Positions 56,129 to 64,000 of a stretch of DNA of 64,000 nucleotides are shown in pieces. The notes below the pieces were generated by a model. It worked only from the letters and a program-made list of their open reading frames with translations. It was not told where the DNA came from and did not search any database. This DNA is from Vulcanimicrobiaceae bacterium. Lineage in GTDB: Bacteria > Verrucomicrobiota > Verrucomicrobiia > Limisphaerales > Palsa-1400. Location of the stretch: positions 86,108 through 150,107 of the forward strand of contig DATKFW010000005.1 of NCBI GenBank assembly GCA_035511075.1, given 5' to 3'. Every line of letters begins with the position of its first letter. Positions within the stretch are counted from its first letter, which is position 1. A program made the position numbers and the translations under genes.

Positions 56129-59100
56129 TTAGCGTTTGACTGATGCGATGACAAGATTTCCCGCCTCTGAATTGTTCCAGCCGCCGCCCAGGGCCTTGAT
56201 GAGTTGAACATCGGCGATGAGGCGCTGGCCGGAAAGCCGGGCATTGCCGCGCTCGGATTGGAGCGCGTCCCGGCTGGCGTCCACGACCTCGATATAGCTG
56301 ACAATGCCGGACCGATAACGATCAGTCGCCAGATCAACGGCGCGCCGCGAGTGCGTCACCGCGCGCTGCTGGGCGGCCGACTGATCCGCCAGATGACGAA
56401 TGGCGCTGAGGCTGTCTTCCACCTCGCCAAATGCCACGAGAACCTGCTGGCGGTAATCCGCCACCGATTCCTCGAAGACGGCCTTGGAACGCCGGTAATT
56501 TGCCCGGTTGCGGCCTCCGGTAAAGATCGGCAGCGAAAGACTTGGACCGATGGACCAGGTCCGGCTGTTCCAGTTAAATAACGTATCAACATCCGCGCTC
56601 AGGTAGCCGCCCGAACCGGTCAGCGTGAGCACGGGGAAAAACGCGGCCTTCGCAACGCCGATGCGCGCATTGGCCGAGGCAAGCTGACGTTCCGCCTGGG
56701 CGACATCCGGCCGGCGTTCCAGCAAATCGGACGGCATCCCTGCCGGGATTTCGGGCGTGGGCGGGTTCCAATTTGCCGCCCCTGCGGCGGCCACATGAAA
56801 TGAGGTCGGATCGCTCCCGGCCAGGATGGCAATGGCGTTCTCCAGTTCCTCGCGTTGTTGCGCCAGCGACGCCGCTTCGGCCTCGGTGGTGGCAAGTTCA
56901 GTTTCAGCGCGGGCGATGTCAAGGTCGTTGCCGATGCCGCCGTTGAAGCGGCTGCGGACAAGGCGCACCTGTTCCTTGCGCAACTCAACCGTGCCGGTCA
57001 CAGTCGCGATTTCGGCGTCAAGCGCCCGCAGCCTGAAATAATTTTGGGCGACGTCGGCCTGGAGAGTCAGCAGGACGTTGCCGAACGCCGCAAGGGAGCC
57101 CTGGGCGTCGGCCCGCGCGCTTTCAAATCCGCGGCGGACACGGCCCCACAAGTCAACCTCGTAACTGAGGTCCAGCGGCGTCTGCCAGGTGTTGGCCGTC
57201 AATGGGCCGTATGAGGGCGATTCGTTCGGCGAATAGCGCTGGCGGTTGCAGCTTGGGTCCAGGCTCAAGCTCGGCAGTAGATCGCTGCGCGCCACGCGCG
57301 CGGTCGCGCGGGCCTGGTCAACCCGCGCGACCGCGGCCTTGAGGTTTTGGTTGGCGGCCAACGCCTGCAATTCCAAATCGTTTAAATTCGTGTCGCCGAA
57401 GACCTCCCACCATCGGCCCTTGGGCACAGTGTCCAGCGGGCGGCCTTCCTTCCAATGTCCCAGTTCCATCGCCTTGTAATTGAGGGGAAACGAGTTTGTC
57501 GGCGGCCTATAGTCCGGCCCGATGGTCAGCATCCCCGCTCGGGCGGAAAAGGGCGAAAGCAACGACGCCACCAGGAGAATTGCCGCCGCCGCCCCTGCGG
57601 CGCCGAGGGCCGGGCGACTGGGTTCATGCGTGGAAATGGCGGAGGGCTTTTTGGAAACTCGCCTCATCAAGGTAAGATAAAAGACCGGCGTCAGGAACAG
57701 GCCGAACAGCGTTACGCCGATCATCCCGGCAAAGACGGCGATGCCCATCGCCTGCCGCATCTCCGAACCGGCGCCGTGCGCCACAACAAGCGGGAAAACC
57801 CCCGCGATGAAAGCAATGGAGGTCATCAGGATCGGGCGGAGACGAAGGCGGCTGGCTTCAACGGCAGCCTGGAAAGCCGGAAGACCTTCCTCGTCCCGTT
57901 TGTGCCGGGCAAATTCGACAATGAGAATGGCGTTCTTGCACGCCAGACCGACGAGCACGATCAGCCCGATTTGCGTGAAAATATTATTGTCACCCCCCTT
58001 GAGCCAGACGCCGCTGATGGCGAAGAGCAGGCACATCGGCACAATCAGAATGATCGCCAGCGGCAAACGCAGGCTCTCGTATTGCGCGGCCAGCACGAGG
58101 AACACGAGCAGGATGCAAAGCGGGTAAACGTAAATGGCCGAGTCCCCCGCAAGAATGCGCTGGTAGGTCAAGTCGGTCCATTCATACGTCATCCCCTTGG
58201 GCAGCCCCTCTGTGGCGAGCCGCTCGATCAACGCCTCGGCCTGGCCGGAACTGAAACCGGCGGCGGGCCCGCCGTTGATTTCGGCGGCGGGATAGCCGTT
58301 GTAACGCAGGGCGCGGTTGGGGCCGTGCGTTTCCGTCACTCTAACCAAAGCGCCCAGCGGCACCATCTCGCCCCTGTCATTGCGCGTCTTGAGCCGCGTG
58401 ATGTCTTCGGGTCGGTCGCGAAACTGGGCGTCCGCCTGGGCAACGACCTCATAAGTGCGGCCAAAGCGATTGAAATCATTGACATAAAGCGACCCAAGAT
58501 AAATCTGCATTGTCTCGAACAGATTTTGCAGCGGCACGCCTTCTTGCTTGGCTTTGATGCGGTCGATGTCCGCGTCCAGTTGGGGCACGTTGACTGTGAA
58601 AGTGGAAAACACGCTGTCCAGCCCGGGGGTCTGATAACTTTTGCCAATGATTCCCTGGAGATTTTGGTAAAGAGCGTCGTAGCCAAGATCGGCGCGGTCT
58701 TCCACATAGAGCTTGAAGCCGCCGATGGTGCCCAGGCCGTTGACCGGCGGCGGCGGCACCGCGAGGATGAAGGCGTCCTGAATTCCCGCAAACTGCTGAT
58801 TCAAGGCGCTGGCGATGGCCGGCCCGCTGAGTTGGGACGACTTGCGCTCCTCGAACGGCTTGAGTGTAAAGAATACGATTCCTTCGTTGGGCGACACGCT
58901 GAATCCGCTGATGCTCAATCCAGGGAAGGCAACCGCGCTTTCCACTCCAGGTTGTTTGAGGCCGATGTCCGACATGCGGCGGATGACCGCTTCGGTGCGG
59001 TCGAGCGATGCGGCGTCGGGCAATTGGGCGAAGGCGACCAGGTATTGTTTGTCCTGCGTCGGCACAAAGCCGGTGGGAACTTTGTTGAAGCTCCAGGCGG

Positions 59101-60778
59101 TCAGGGCCACAAGGCCGCCGTAAACCACCAGCGCCACGGTGCTCTTCCGCAACACCCTGGCCACGCCGCCGGAGTATTTGTTTCCGGCCCACGCGAAAAT
59201 CCGGTTGAACGGGCCGAAGAACCAGCCGAGCGATTTTTCCATGAACCGGGCGAACGCATCTTTGGGCGCATTGTGGTCCTTGAGCAACACGGCGCAGAGG
59301 GCCGGGGAAAGCGTCAGTGAACTGAACGCGGAAATCACCGTCGAAATGGCAATCGTGATGGCGAATTGCTTGTAGAATTGCCCTGTCAGGCCGCTGATGA
59401 ACGCCGTCGGCACGAATACGGCGCATAGCACAAGCGCAGTGGCAATGATCGGGCTGGTCACTTCGCTCATCGCCCGTTTGGCGGCGTCCACCGGCGCCAG
59501 CCCCAGCGCGATGTTGCGCTCGACGTTCTCGACGACAACGATGGCGTCGTCCACCACGATGCCAATGGCCAGCACCAGGCCGAACAGGGACAGATTATTG
59601 ATGGAAAAGCCCAGCGCCAGCATCACGGCAAAAGTGCCGATCAGCGAGACGGGCACCGCGACAAGCGGGATGATCGACGCGCGCCATGTTTGCAGGAAAA
59701 CAATGACCACAATGACAACCAGCAGAATCGCCTCCAGCAACGTGTGAACCACTGCCTCGATGGAGTGCCGCACGAAGATCGTCGGATCATAAACGACCGA
59801 ATAATCCACGCCGTCGGGAAAATTCTTCTTGAGCTGCTCCATGGTGCGCCGCACGTCGGACGAGAGCTGCAGCGCGTTTGCGCCCGGAGTTTGAAAGATG
59901 GGCAGGGCGACGGCAGTCTTGTTGTTCAAGAGCGAACGCAGCGCGTAACTGTCCGCGCTCAGTTCGACCCGGGCGATGTCCTTGAGCAGGGTCTTCTCGC
60001 CGTTGGGGCCGGTCTTGACGATGATGTTCCCAAATTCCTCCGGGGAAAGCAGCCGGCCCTTCGCGTTGATCTGCAACTCAAAATCCACGGGCTGCGAAAC
60101 CGGTTGCTGGCCGATCGCGCCGGCGGCGATCTGCACATTTTGTTCGCGAATGGCGCTGACCACGTCGCTGGCGGTAAGATTTCGCGCGGCGACCTTGTCC
60201 GGGTTGAGCCAGATTCGCATCGCATAATCGCCGGAGCCGAAAACCTGCACGTCACCCGCGCCCGGGATGCGCGCCAGCACATCCTTTACCTGGAGGGTGG
60301 CGTAATTGCGCAGGTAAACCGCGTCGTACCGCCCCGATGGCGAGAAGAGATGCACGACCATGGTCAGGTCGGGCGATTGCTTGGTCGTCGTCACCCCCAA
60401 TTGGCGAACTTCGTCTGGCAGCTTGGACAGCACCTGCGAGACGCGGTTTTGCACCTGGACCTGGGCTTTGTCCACGTCCGTGCCAAGCCTGAACGTCACC
60501 GTCAGCGTCATGACCCCGTCGGGCGTCGCCTGCGAGAACATGTAAAGCGAATTCTCCACGCCGTTGATGGACTGCTCCAGCGGCGAGGCGACCGTTTCGG
60601 CGATGGTCTTGGGATTGGCGCCGGGATAAACCGCTCGGACCACGACCGTCGGCGGGACCACCTCCGGATATTCGCTGATCGGCAGGCGGAACATGGAGAT
60701 CAGCCCCACAAGGAAAATCACCGCCGACAGCACGCCCGCAAAAATCGGGCGGCGGATGAAGAAGTGCGAGAAGTTCAT
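56129..60778 (-). CDS. In-frame fusion: RND (HAE1, AcrB/MexB-like) inner-membrane permease + NodT/OprM-type outer-membrane factor
   Basis: Single 1549-codon ORF. Residues 1 to ~1045 are RND (MNFSHFFIRRPIFAGVLSAVIFL...TPVFYLTLMRRVSKK). Residues 1083-1549 are OMF (MLTIGPDYRPP...RWWEVFGDTNLNDLELQALAANQNLKAAVARVDQARA...LIKALGGGWN). The linker A1057-L1074 is hydrophobic and is followed by A-R-A-G; it contains no Cys. Confidence 0.9.
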   Translation of the reverse strand: MNFSHFFIRRPIFAGVLSAVIFLVGLISMFRLPISEYPEVVPPTVVVRAVYPGANPKTIAETVASPLEQSINGVENSLYMFSQATPDGVMTLTVTFRLGTDVDKAQVQVQNRVSQVLSKLPDEVRQLGVTTTKQSPDLTMVVHLFSPSGRYDAVYLRNYATLQVKDVLARIPGAGDVQVFGSGDYAMRIWLNPDKVAARNLTASDVVSAIREQNVQIAAGAIGQQPVSQPVDFELQINAKGRLLSPEEFGNIIVKTGPNGEKTLLKDIARVELSADSYALRSLLNNKTAVALPIFQTPGANALQLSSDVRRTMEQLKKNFPDGVDYSVVYDPTIFVRHSIEAVVHTLLEAILLVVIVVIVFLQTWRASIIPLVAVPVSLIGTFAVMLALGFSINNLSLFGLVLAIGIVVDDAIVVVENVERNIALGLAPVDAAKRAMSEVTSPIIATALVLCAVFVPTAFISGLTGQFYKQFAITIAISTVISAFSSLTLSPALCAVLLKDHNAPKDAFARFMEKSLGWFFGPFNRIFAWAGNKYSGGVARVLRKSTVALVVYGGLVALTAWSFNKVPTGFVPTQDKQYLVAFAQLPDAASLDRTEAVIRRMSDIGLKQPGVESAVAFPGLSISGFSVSPNEGIVFFTLKPFEERKSSQLSGPAIASALNQQFAGIQDAFILAVPPPPVNGLGTIGGFKLYVEDRADLGYDALYQNLQGIIGKSYQTPGLDSVFSTFTVNVPQLDADIDRIKAKQEGVPLQNLFETMQIYLGSLYVNDFNRFGRTYEVVAQADAQFRDRPEDITRLKTRNDRGEMVPLGALVRVTETHGPNRALRYNGYPAAEINGGPAAGFSSGQAEALIERLATEGLPKGMTYEWTDLTYQRILAGDSAIYVYPLCILLVFLVLAAQYESLRLPLAIILIVPMCLLFAISGVWLKGGDNNIFTQIGLIVLVGLACKNAILIVEFARHKRDEEGLPAFQAAVEASRLRLRPILMTSIAFIAGVFPLVVAHGAGSEMRQAMGIAVFAGMIGVTLFGLFLTPVFYLTLMRRVSKKPSAISTHEPSRPALGAAGAAAAILLVASLLSPFSARAGMLTIGPDYRPPTNSFPLNYKAMELGHWKEGRPLDTVPKGRWWEVFGDTNLNDLELQALAANQNLKAAVARVDQARATARVARSDLLPSLSLDPSCNRQRYSPNESPSYGPLTANTWQTPLDLSYEVDLWGRVRRGFESARADAQGSLAAFGNVLLTLQADVAQNYFRLRALDAEIATVTGTVELRKEQVRLVRSRFNGGIGNDLDIARAETELATTEAEAASLAQQREELENAIAILAGSDPTSFHVAAAGAANWNPPTPEIPAGMPSDLLERRPDVAQAERQLASANARIGVAKAAFFPVLTLTGSGGYLSADVDTLFNWNSRTWSIGPSLSLPIFTGGRNRANYRRSKAVFEESVADYRQQVLVAFGEVEDSLSAIRHLADQSAAQQRAVTHSRRAVDLATDRYRSGIVSYIEVVDASRDALQSERGNARLSGQRLIADVQLIKALGGGWNNSEAGNLVIASVKR

Positions 60779-60821
60779 GAGTTTAAGCGTGTGGGTTGGT
60801 CTGGCGTTTCCTGCGCGCGGA

Positions 60822-62033
60822 TCACCGTTTGGCGATCTTCACGCTCCCGCTGTCGGCCACTTCTTCCTCCGGCGTCACCGGCATCCCGGGCCGGATGCGT
60901 TCCATTCCGTTGACGACGATCTTTTCGCCCGCCAGCAGGCCCGATCGGACAATGCGCTTGCCATCAACCTCCGGACCGAGCTTGACCTCGGTGTAGGCAA
61001 CGGTGTTTGTGGCCGTGAGGGTCAATACATATTTCTGCGCCTGATCGGTCCCGATGGCCCGATCGGAAACCAGCAACGCCGCATGCCGTTCGCTCAACGG
61101 AACCCGGATGCGCGCAAACAATCCCGGCACAATCCGTCCGTCGTCGTTTGAAAACACGGCGCGCAACAGGATGCTGCCGGTGCCGGATTCCACGTGATTG
61201 TCGAACGACTCGATATATCCGTGATGGGGAAAGCCCGTTTCATCGGCAAGCTCCAGGTCGACGGGCGTCGAGCCGGCGCCGTTGGTCTCAATTTTTTTTG
61301 CAAGCGCGAGGGCGTTGAATTTCAAGAGCGAATCCTCGTCAACGTCCGCATAGACATAAACCGGATTGACTGAAACCAGCGTCGTCAATAAAGACGCCGC
61401 GCCTGCACCGCCGTTGACGAAATTGCCTTCGGTCAGGAAGGCCCGGCTGACGCGGCCGTCGATCGGCGCGCGCACCTGCGTGTACTCCAGGTCGAGCTTC
61501 GCCGAATCGCGCGCGGCTTGCGCGGCGAGCAACGCCGCTTTGGCCTCCTGAAATCGGGCCACGCGCGCGTCGGATTCCTCCGTCGAGATGGCCTTGTTGG
61601 CCAGCAGGGCGGCGGCGCGGTTGGCTTCGCGCCCGGCGTTTTCCAATTGCACACTGGCGCGTTCGGCCTCCGCCTCGAGATTATTGAAGGCCGCCTGGTG
61701 CCAGCGCGGGTCAATGACAAAGAGAACATCGCCCTTCTTGACCAGTTGGCCCGATTGAAACCGCACTTCCTGGATGTAACCGGAGACTCGCGGCCGAACC
61801 TCGACAGATTCCACCGCCTCGGTCCGACCGGTGAATTCTTCCCATTCAACCAATTCCTTCTGTTCGACAGGCGCCACCGTCACAGTGGGCGGTGGGGGCG
61901 GCGCCGGGGCGGCGTTGCCGCTGCAGCCAGCCAGAAGGATGGCCACGATTGCAATTACCATGGCGATCAAGGTGGATCGCAAAACTTTCAACGTTGTCAT
62001 AAAATATTCCGGTTTAAAATTAAGGTTGTCCAT
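60822..62033 (-). CDS. RND efflux periplasmic adaptor (membrane fusion protein, AcrA/MexA-like lipoprotein)
   Basis: 403 aa. Lipobox ILLAGCSG. Motifs: barrel-sandwich/hairpin (VEVRPRVSGYI, coiled AQAARDSAKLDLEYTQVRAPIDGRV) and a C-terminal VVNGMERIRPGMPV. An alternative start is ATG 62000. Confidence 0.9.
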   Translation of the reverse strand: MDNLNFKPEYFMTTLKVLRSTLIAMVIAIVAILLAGCSGNAAPAPPPPPTVTVAPVEQKELVEWEEFTGRTEAVESVEVRPRVSGYIQEVRFQSGQLVKKGDVLFVIDPRWHQAAFNNLEAEAERASVQLENAGREANRAAALLANKAISTEESDARVARFQEAKAALLAAQAARDSAKLDLEYTQVRAPIDGRVSRAFLTEGNFVNGGAGAASLLTTLVSVNPVYVYADVDEDSLLKFNALALAKKIETNGAGSTPVDLELADETGFPHHGYIESFDNHVESGTGSILLRAVFSNDDGRIVPGLFARIRVPLSERHAALLVSDRAIGTDQAQKYVLTLTATNTVAYTEVKLGPEVDGKRIVRSGLLAGEKIVVNGMERIRPGMPVTPEEEVADSGSVKIAKR

Positions 62034-62048
62034 AGGCTGTGGCGCCCT

Positions 62049-62384
62049 TCAGGCGGCGTGTGCAAGAAATTCGCCGCGACGCACGGAACGCTGATGATTG
62101 GACCACGCGGCGACTTGTTGGACCTTCTCCTCCGCGAGGTCGGGCAGCACGAGGAGCGGCGCAAAGGTTGTCGCGGCCAAGGCGTGCGCCTCGTTCACCG
62201 CTTGCCGGACAAGGCGGGATTCCACGTCCGCGTATTCGGCGCTCAAACGCTGGGCCAGGGCCGACTTGAGATGCTCTGCCTTGGCTGCGAGAGAAATGGG
62301 GGCGTATTTCTTCGAGCCTTTCGCAGGCGATTTCTCCGTTGTGAATTTAACTGACTGGTCAATTCTATTTTGGATGGTATTCAT
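62049..62384 (-). CDS. Hypothetical 111-aa soluble protein between tetR and the efflux genes
   Basis: It fills the gap between the tetR stop (62417) and the MFP start (62033) on the same strand. No TM segment and no recognisable motif. Coding status is inferred from position and ORF length only. Confidence 0.42.
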   Translation of the reverse strand: MNTIQNRIDQSVKFTTEKSPAKGSKKYAPISLAAKAEHLKSALAQRLSAEYADVESRLVRQAVNEAHALAATTFAPLLVLPDLAEEKVQQVAAWSNHQRSVRRGEFLAHAA

Positions 62385-62416
62385 GCGTGTTCTTATGTTT
62401 TATTAGTTCAATACTG

Positions 62417-63028
62417 TCAGACTGCTACCGTCTTTGCCCCGATGAAATTCATTACTGTGGATTCCATGCCTTCCAGGACTTTCAGGTCGTTTTGCACCCT
62501 GGCTTCCAGCATCATTCCCATCAGCAGCGATTGCACAGTGTAAGACGCGGCCACAGGATCCTTCACGGTGACGGAGCCTTCCCGGATGGCGTCAGCAATC
62601 GCGCTTTCAATATATTTCCTCTTGGAACTCATTAATTCCTCGCTCTTGGAGCGGATTTTCTCGTCAAACGTGGCCACTTCGCTTCCCACGCTGGCATAGG
62701 GACAACCGCACACATGCCCGTATTTTTCGGCCTTTTGCTGCTGGTCCGCGTAAATGATCCGGCACAAATTCTGAATTCGTTCCAAAGGCGGAACCTGCGG
62801 GGAAAACATGCGGTCCATCTCCGGGCGATGCTCCCTCCAGTATTCCTCGCACGCCTCCACAACCAAATCCGCCTTGGACCGAAAGAAGTGATAAAAACTG
62901 CCTTTGTTGATTCCGGCGCGCTTGCAAATATCGTCCACGCTTACGGATCCGTAGCTGCTGTCCCAAATGAGATCGAATCCCACTTGCAGCAACTTTTCTT
63001 TAGTTTCACACGTCTTCTTCATATTCAA
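62417..63028 (-). CDS. TetR/AcrR-family transcriptional regulator
   Basis: 203 aa. N-terminal HTH: KEKLLQVGFDLIWDSSYGSVSVDDICKRAGINKGSFYHFFRSKADL. Confidence 0.9.
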   Translation of the reverse strand: MNMKKTCETKEKLLQVGFDLIWDSSYGSVSVDDICKRAGINKGSFYHFFRSKADLVVEACEEYWREHRPEMDRMFSPQVPPLERIQNLCRIIYADQQQKAEKYGHVCGCPYASVGSEVATFDEKIRSKSEELMSSKRKYIESAIADAIREGSVTVKDPVAASYTVQSLLMGMMLEARVQNDLKVLEGMESTVMNFIGAKTVAV

Positions 63029-63396
63029 TCCCGATTCTCAAATTCTCCCAACGCCACCACTCTCGCATGACTATACTGACCAGTCAACTTTTATTTGCAA
63101 AAATATTAATTTTTTTTGCTCGATGCGGATTCTACCCATAAGCAATTGTTTGATAACCACTTAACCTACAATGACACTGTGAACGAAATCGAAAAGGGTC
63201 ACAAAAAACCACGTCAAAGCCCAAAGAGTGGACCCTTTCCCCCAAAATCTGTCCCGAATGGCCATTACACTGTACAAAAACGGGGCCAATTTGAAGTTAG
63301 CATGTGTTATTAATGCCTGGAGCGAGCGTAAGCCACACTTCTTTAAGGCACTTACACCCCGGGACGTGTCAACATTACGGCAAAGATTGAGGCTCC

Positions 63397-63458
63397 CCGC
63401 ACAGGTCGCGTTTTCTCCGCAAAAACACCAGCACGTCTGACCGGCGACCCTTGTGCGG
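63397..63458. other. 62-nt imperfect long-stem inverted repeat in the AT-rich tetR-upstream intergenic region
   Basis: CCGCACAGGTCGC (63397-63409) pairs with GCGACCCTTGTGCGG (63444-63458). This gives 13 bp with two single-nt bulges and encloses a 34-nt loop. It lies ~80 nt upstream of ATG 63540. Confidence 0.5.
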
Positions 63459-63539
63459 CAAGCTTTGCCTAGTAAAGCGCTGGCACGCAAGCTGCTCGCT
63501 GGTCTGGCGCGTGATCAATAGACACTTCAAGTCGACATA

Positions 63540-64000
63540 TGAATAATTCCAACTCAACGAACTCACACGGTTCTCCCGGTTCCGGAGCTCCGCAGGATCT
63601 GGGCTTTTCCCCGTGGCAGCGGTTGAAAAGTAAACGCATTTCTTACTTAACGCTGCCGTTGCTCGTCATGGCGACGGTGACGGAATTCGTGATTTTGGCC
63701 ACCGGTTGGAAATATCAGCAGGTGGTCTGCCTGCCCAGAGGCATGGGGGTCACCTTTTTTGGCATTGGCCCAATCGGCGCGACCATCCTGGCGGTCGAGT
63801 TGCTCAAGCTGCCGCTGGCTATTTGGACCGCGTCGCGTCACGGCTTTCAAAAGGGCATCATGCTGGTTATCGGCTTGCCTTTGATTTGCCTGCTGACGTT
63901 CCAATTGGTCAAGGACATGGCGGTTTACGAGATGGGCGTCGCCATGGCGCCGGCAAGCCAGATGCTCAAGGAAGCGACTACAGAGGAAGTCAAAATTTCC
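63540..64000 (+). CDS. Partial CDS (5' part; runs off window end): hypothetical polytopic membrane protein
   Basis: Open-ended frame absent from the ORF track. ATG 63540 gives MNNSNSTNSHGSPGSGAPQDLGFSPWQRLKSKRISYLTLPLLVMATVTEFVILA...FFGIGPIGATILAVELLKLPLAIW...IMLVIGLPLICLLTF... At least 3 hydrophobic helices and no stop through position 64000. Confidence 0.45.

Noticed and set aside
63116-63490. ORFs 63116..63313(+), 63161..63490(-) and 63228..63440(+) in the AT-rich tetR-upstream region
   Set aside because: They overlap one another, have no recognisable domains or signal/TM features, and have composition unlike neighbouring genes. There is insufficient support for coding.
1-64000. CRISPR arrays, rRNA genes, intact insertion sequences, prophage or toxin-antitoxin/defence islands
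   Set aside because: No regularly spaced direct repeats were seen and no rRNA-like segments. The only transposase signal is the IS66 tail. No integrase, phage-structural or recognisable defence-gene motifs appear in any long ORF.

Overview
Dense, high-GC chromosomal segment with about 46 genes and little non-coding DNA. The gene content suggests a PVC-superphylum bacterium, probably Verrucomicrobiota; this is inference only. The pointers are prepilin-type proteins, MoxR/DUF58 modules, a Ser/Thr kinase-WD40 protein, glycoside hydrolases and a Planctomycete/Verrucomicrobial-type hypothetical. Gene order: (1) a partial secreted CBM9-like gene; (2) a sulfate-assimilation cluster cysI-cysH(APS-reductase type)-cysNC with no cysD; (3) an OYE-family flavin oxidoreductase and a 2H-phosphoesterase-like gene; (4) two MoxR-DUF58 modules flanking a DUF4129 membrane protein and a Tat-signal metallophosphoesterase; (5) the imuA-imuB-dnaE2 mutagenesis cassette; (6) a double M16 peptidase; (7) an AT-richer four-gene minor-(pseudo)pilin cassette; (8) housekeeping genes (HDAC-like, ubiX, rdgB, msrA, leuS) around a 1100-aa secreted cyclophilin/Ig-repeat protein; (9) a three-receiver signalling cassette (REC-PAS-HK, REC-HDOD, REC-degenerate HD-GYP); (10) GH2, an O-methyltransferase, a TraB/GumN-like membrane protein and GH51; (11) an IS66 transposase remnant; (12) a Ser/Thr kinase-TM-WD40 protein; (13) an apparently sensor-truncated HisKA_3 kinase with a NarL-type regulator and a hybrid kinase; (14) a co-directional tetR-orf-MFP-RND operon followed by an SDR. 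The most unusual observation is that the RND permease and its outer-membrane factor are one uninterrupted 1549-codon ORF, joined by a signal-peptide-like, cysteine-free linker. No rRNA, tRNA or CRISPR array was recognised. All family assignments rest on motif recognition by eye, not on database searches.
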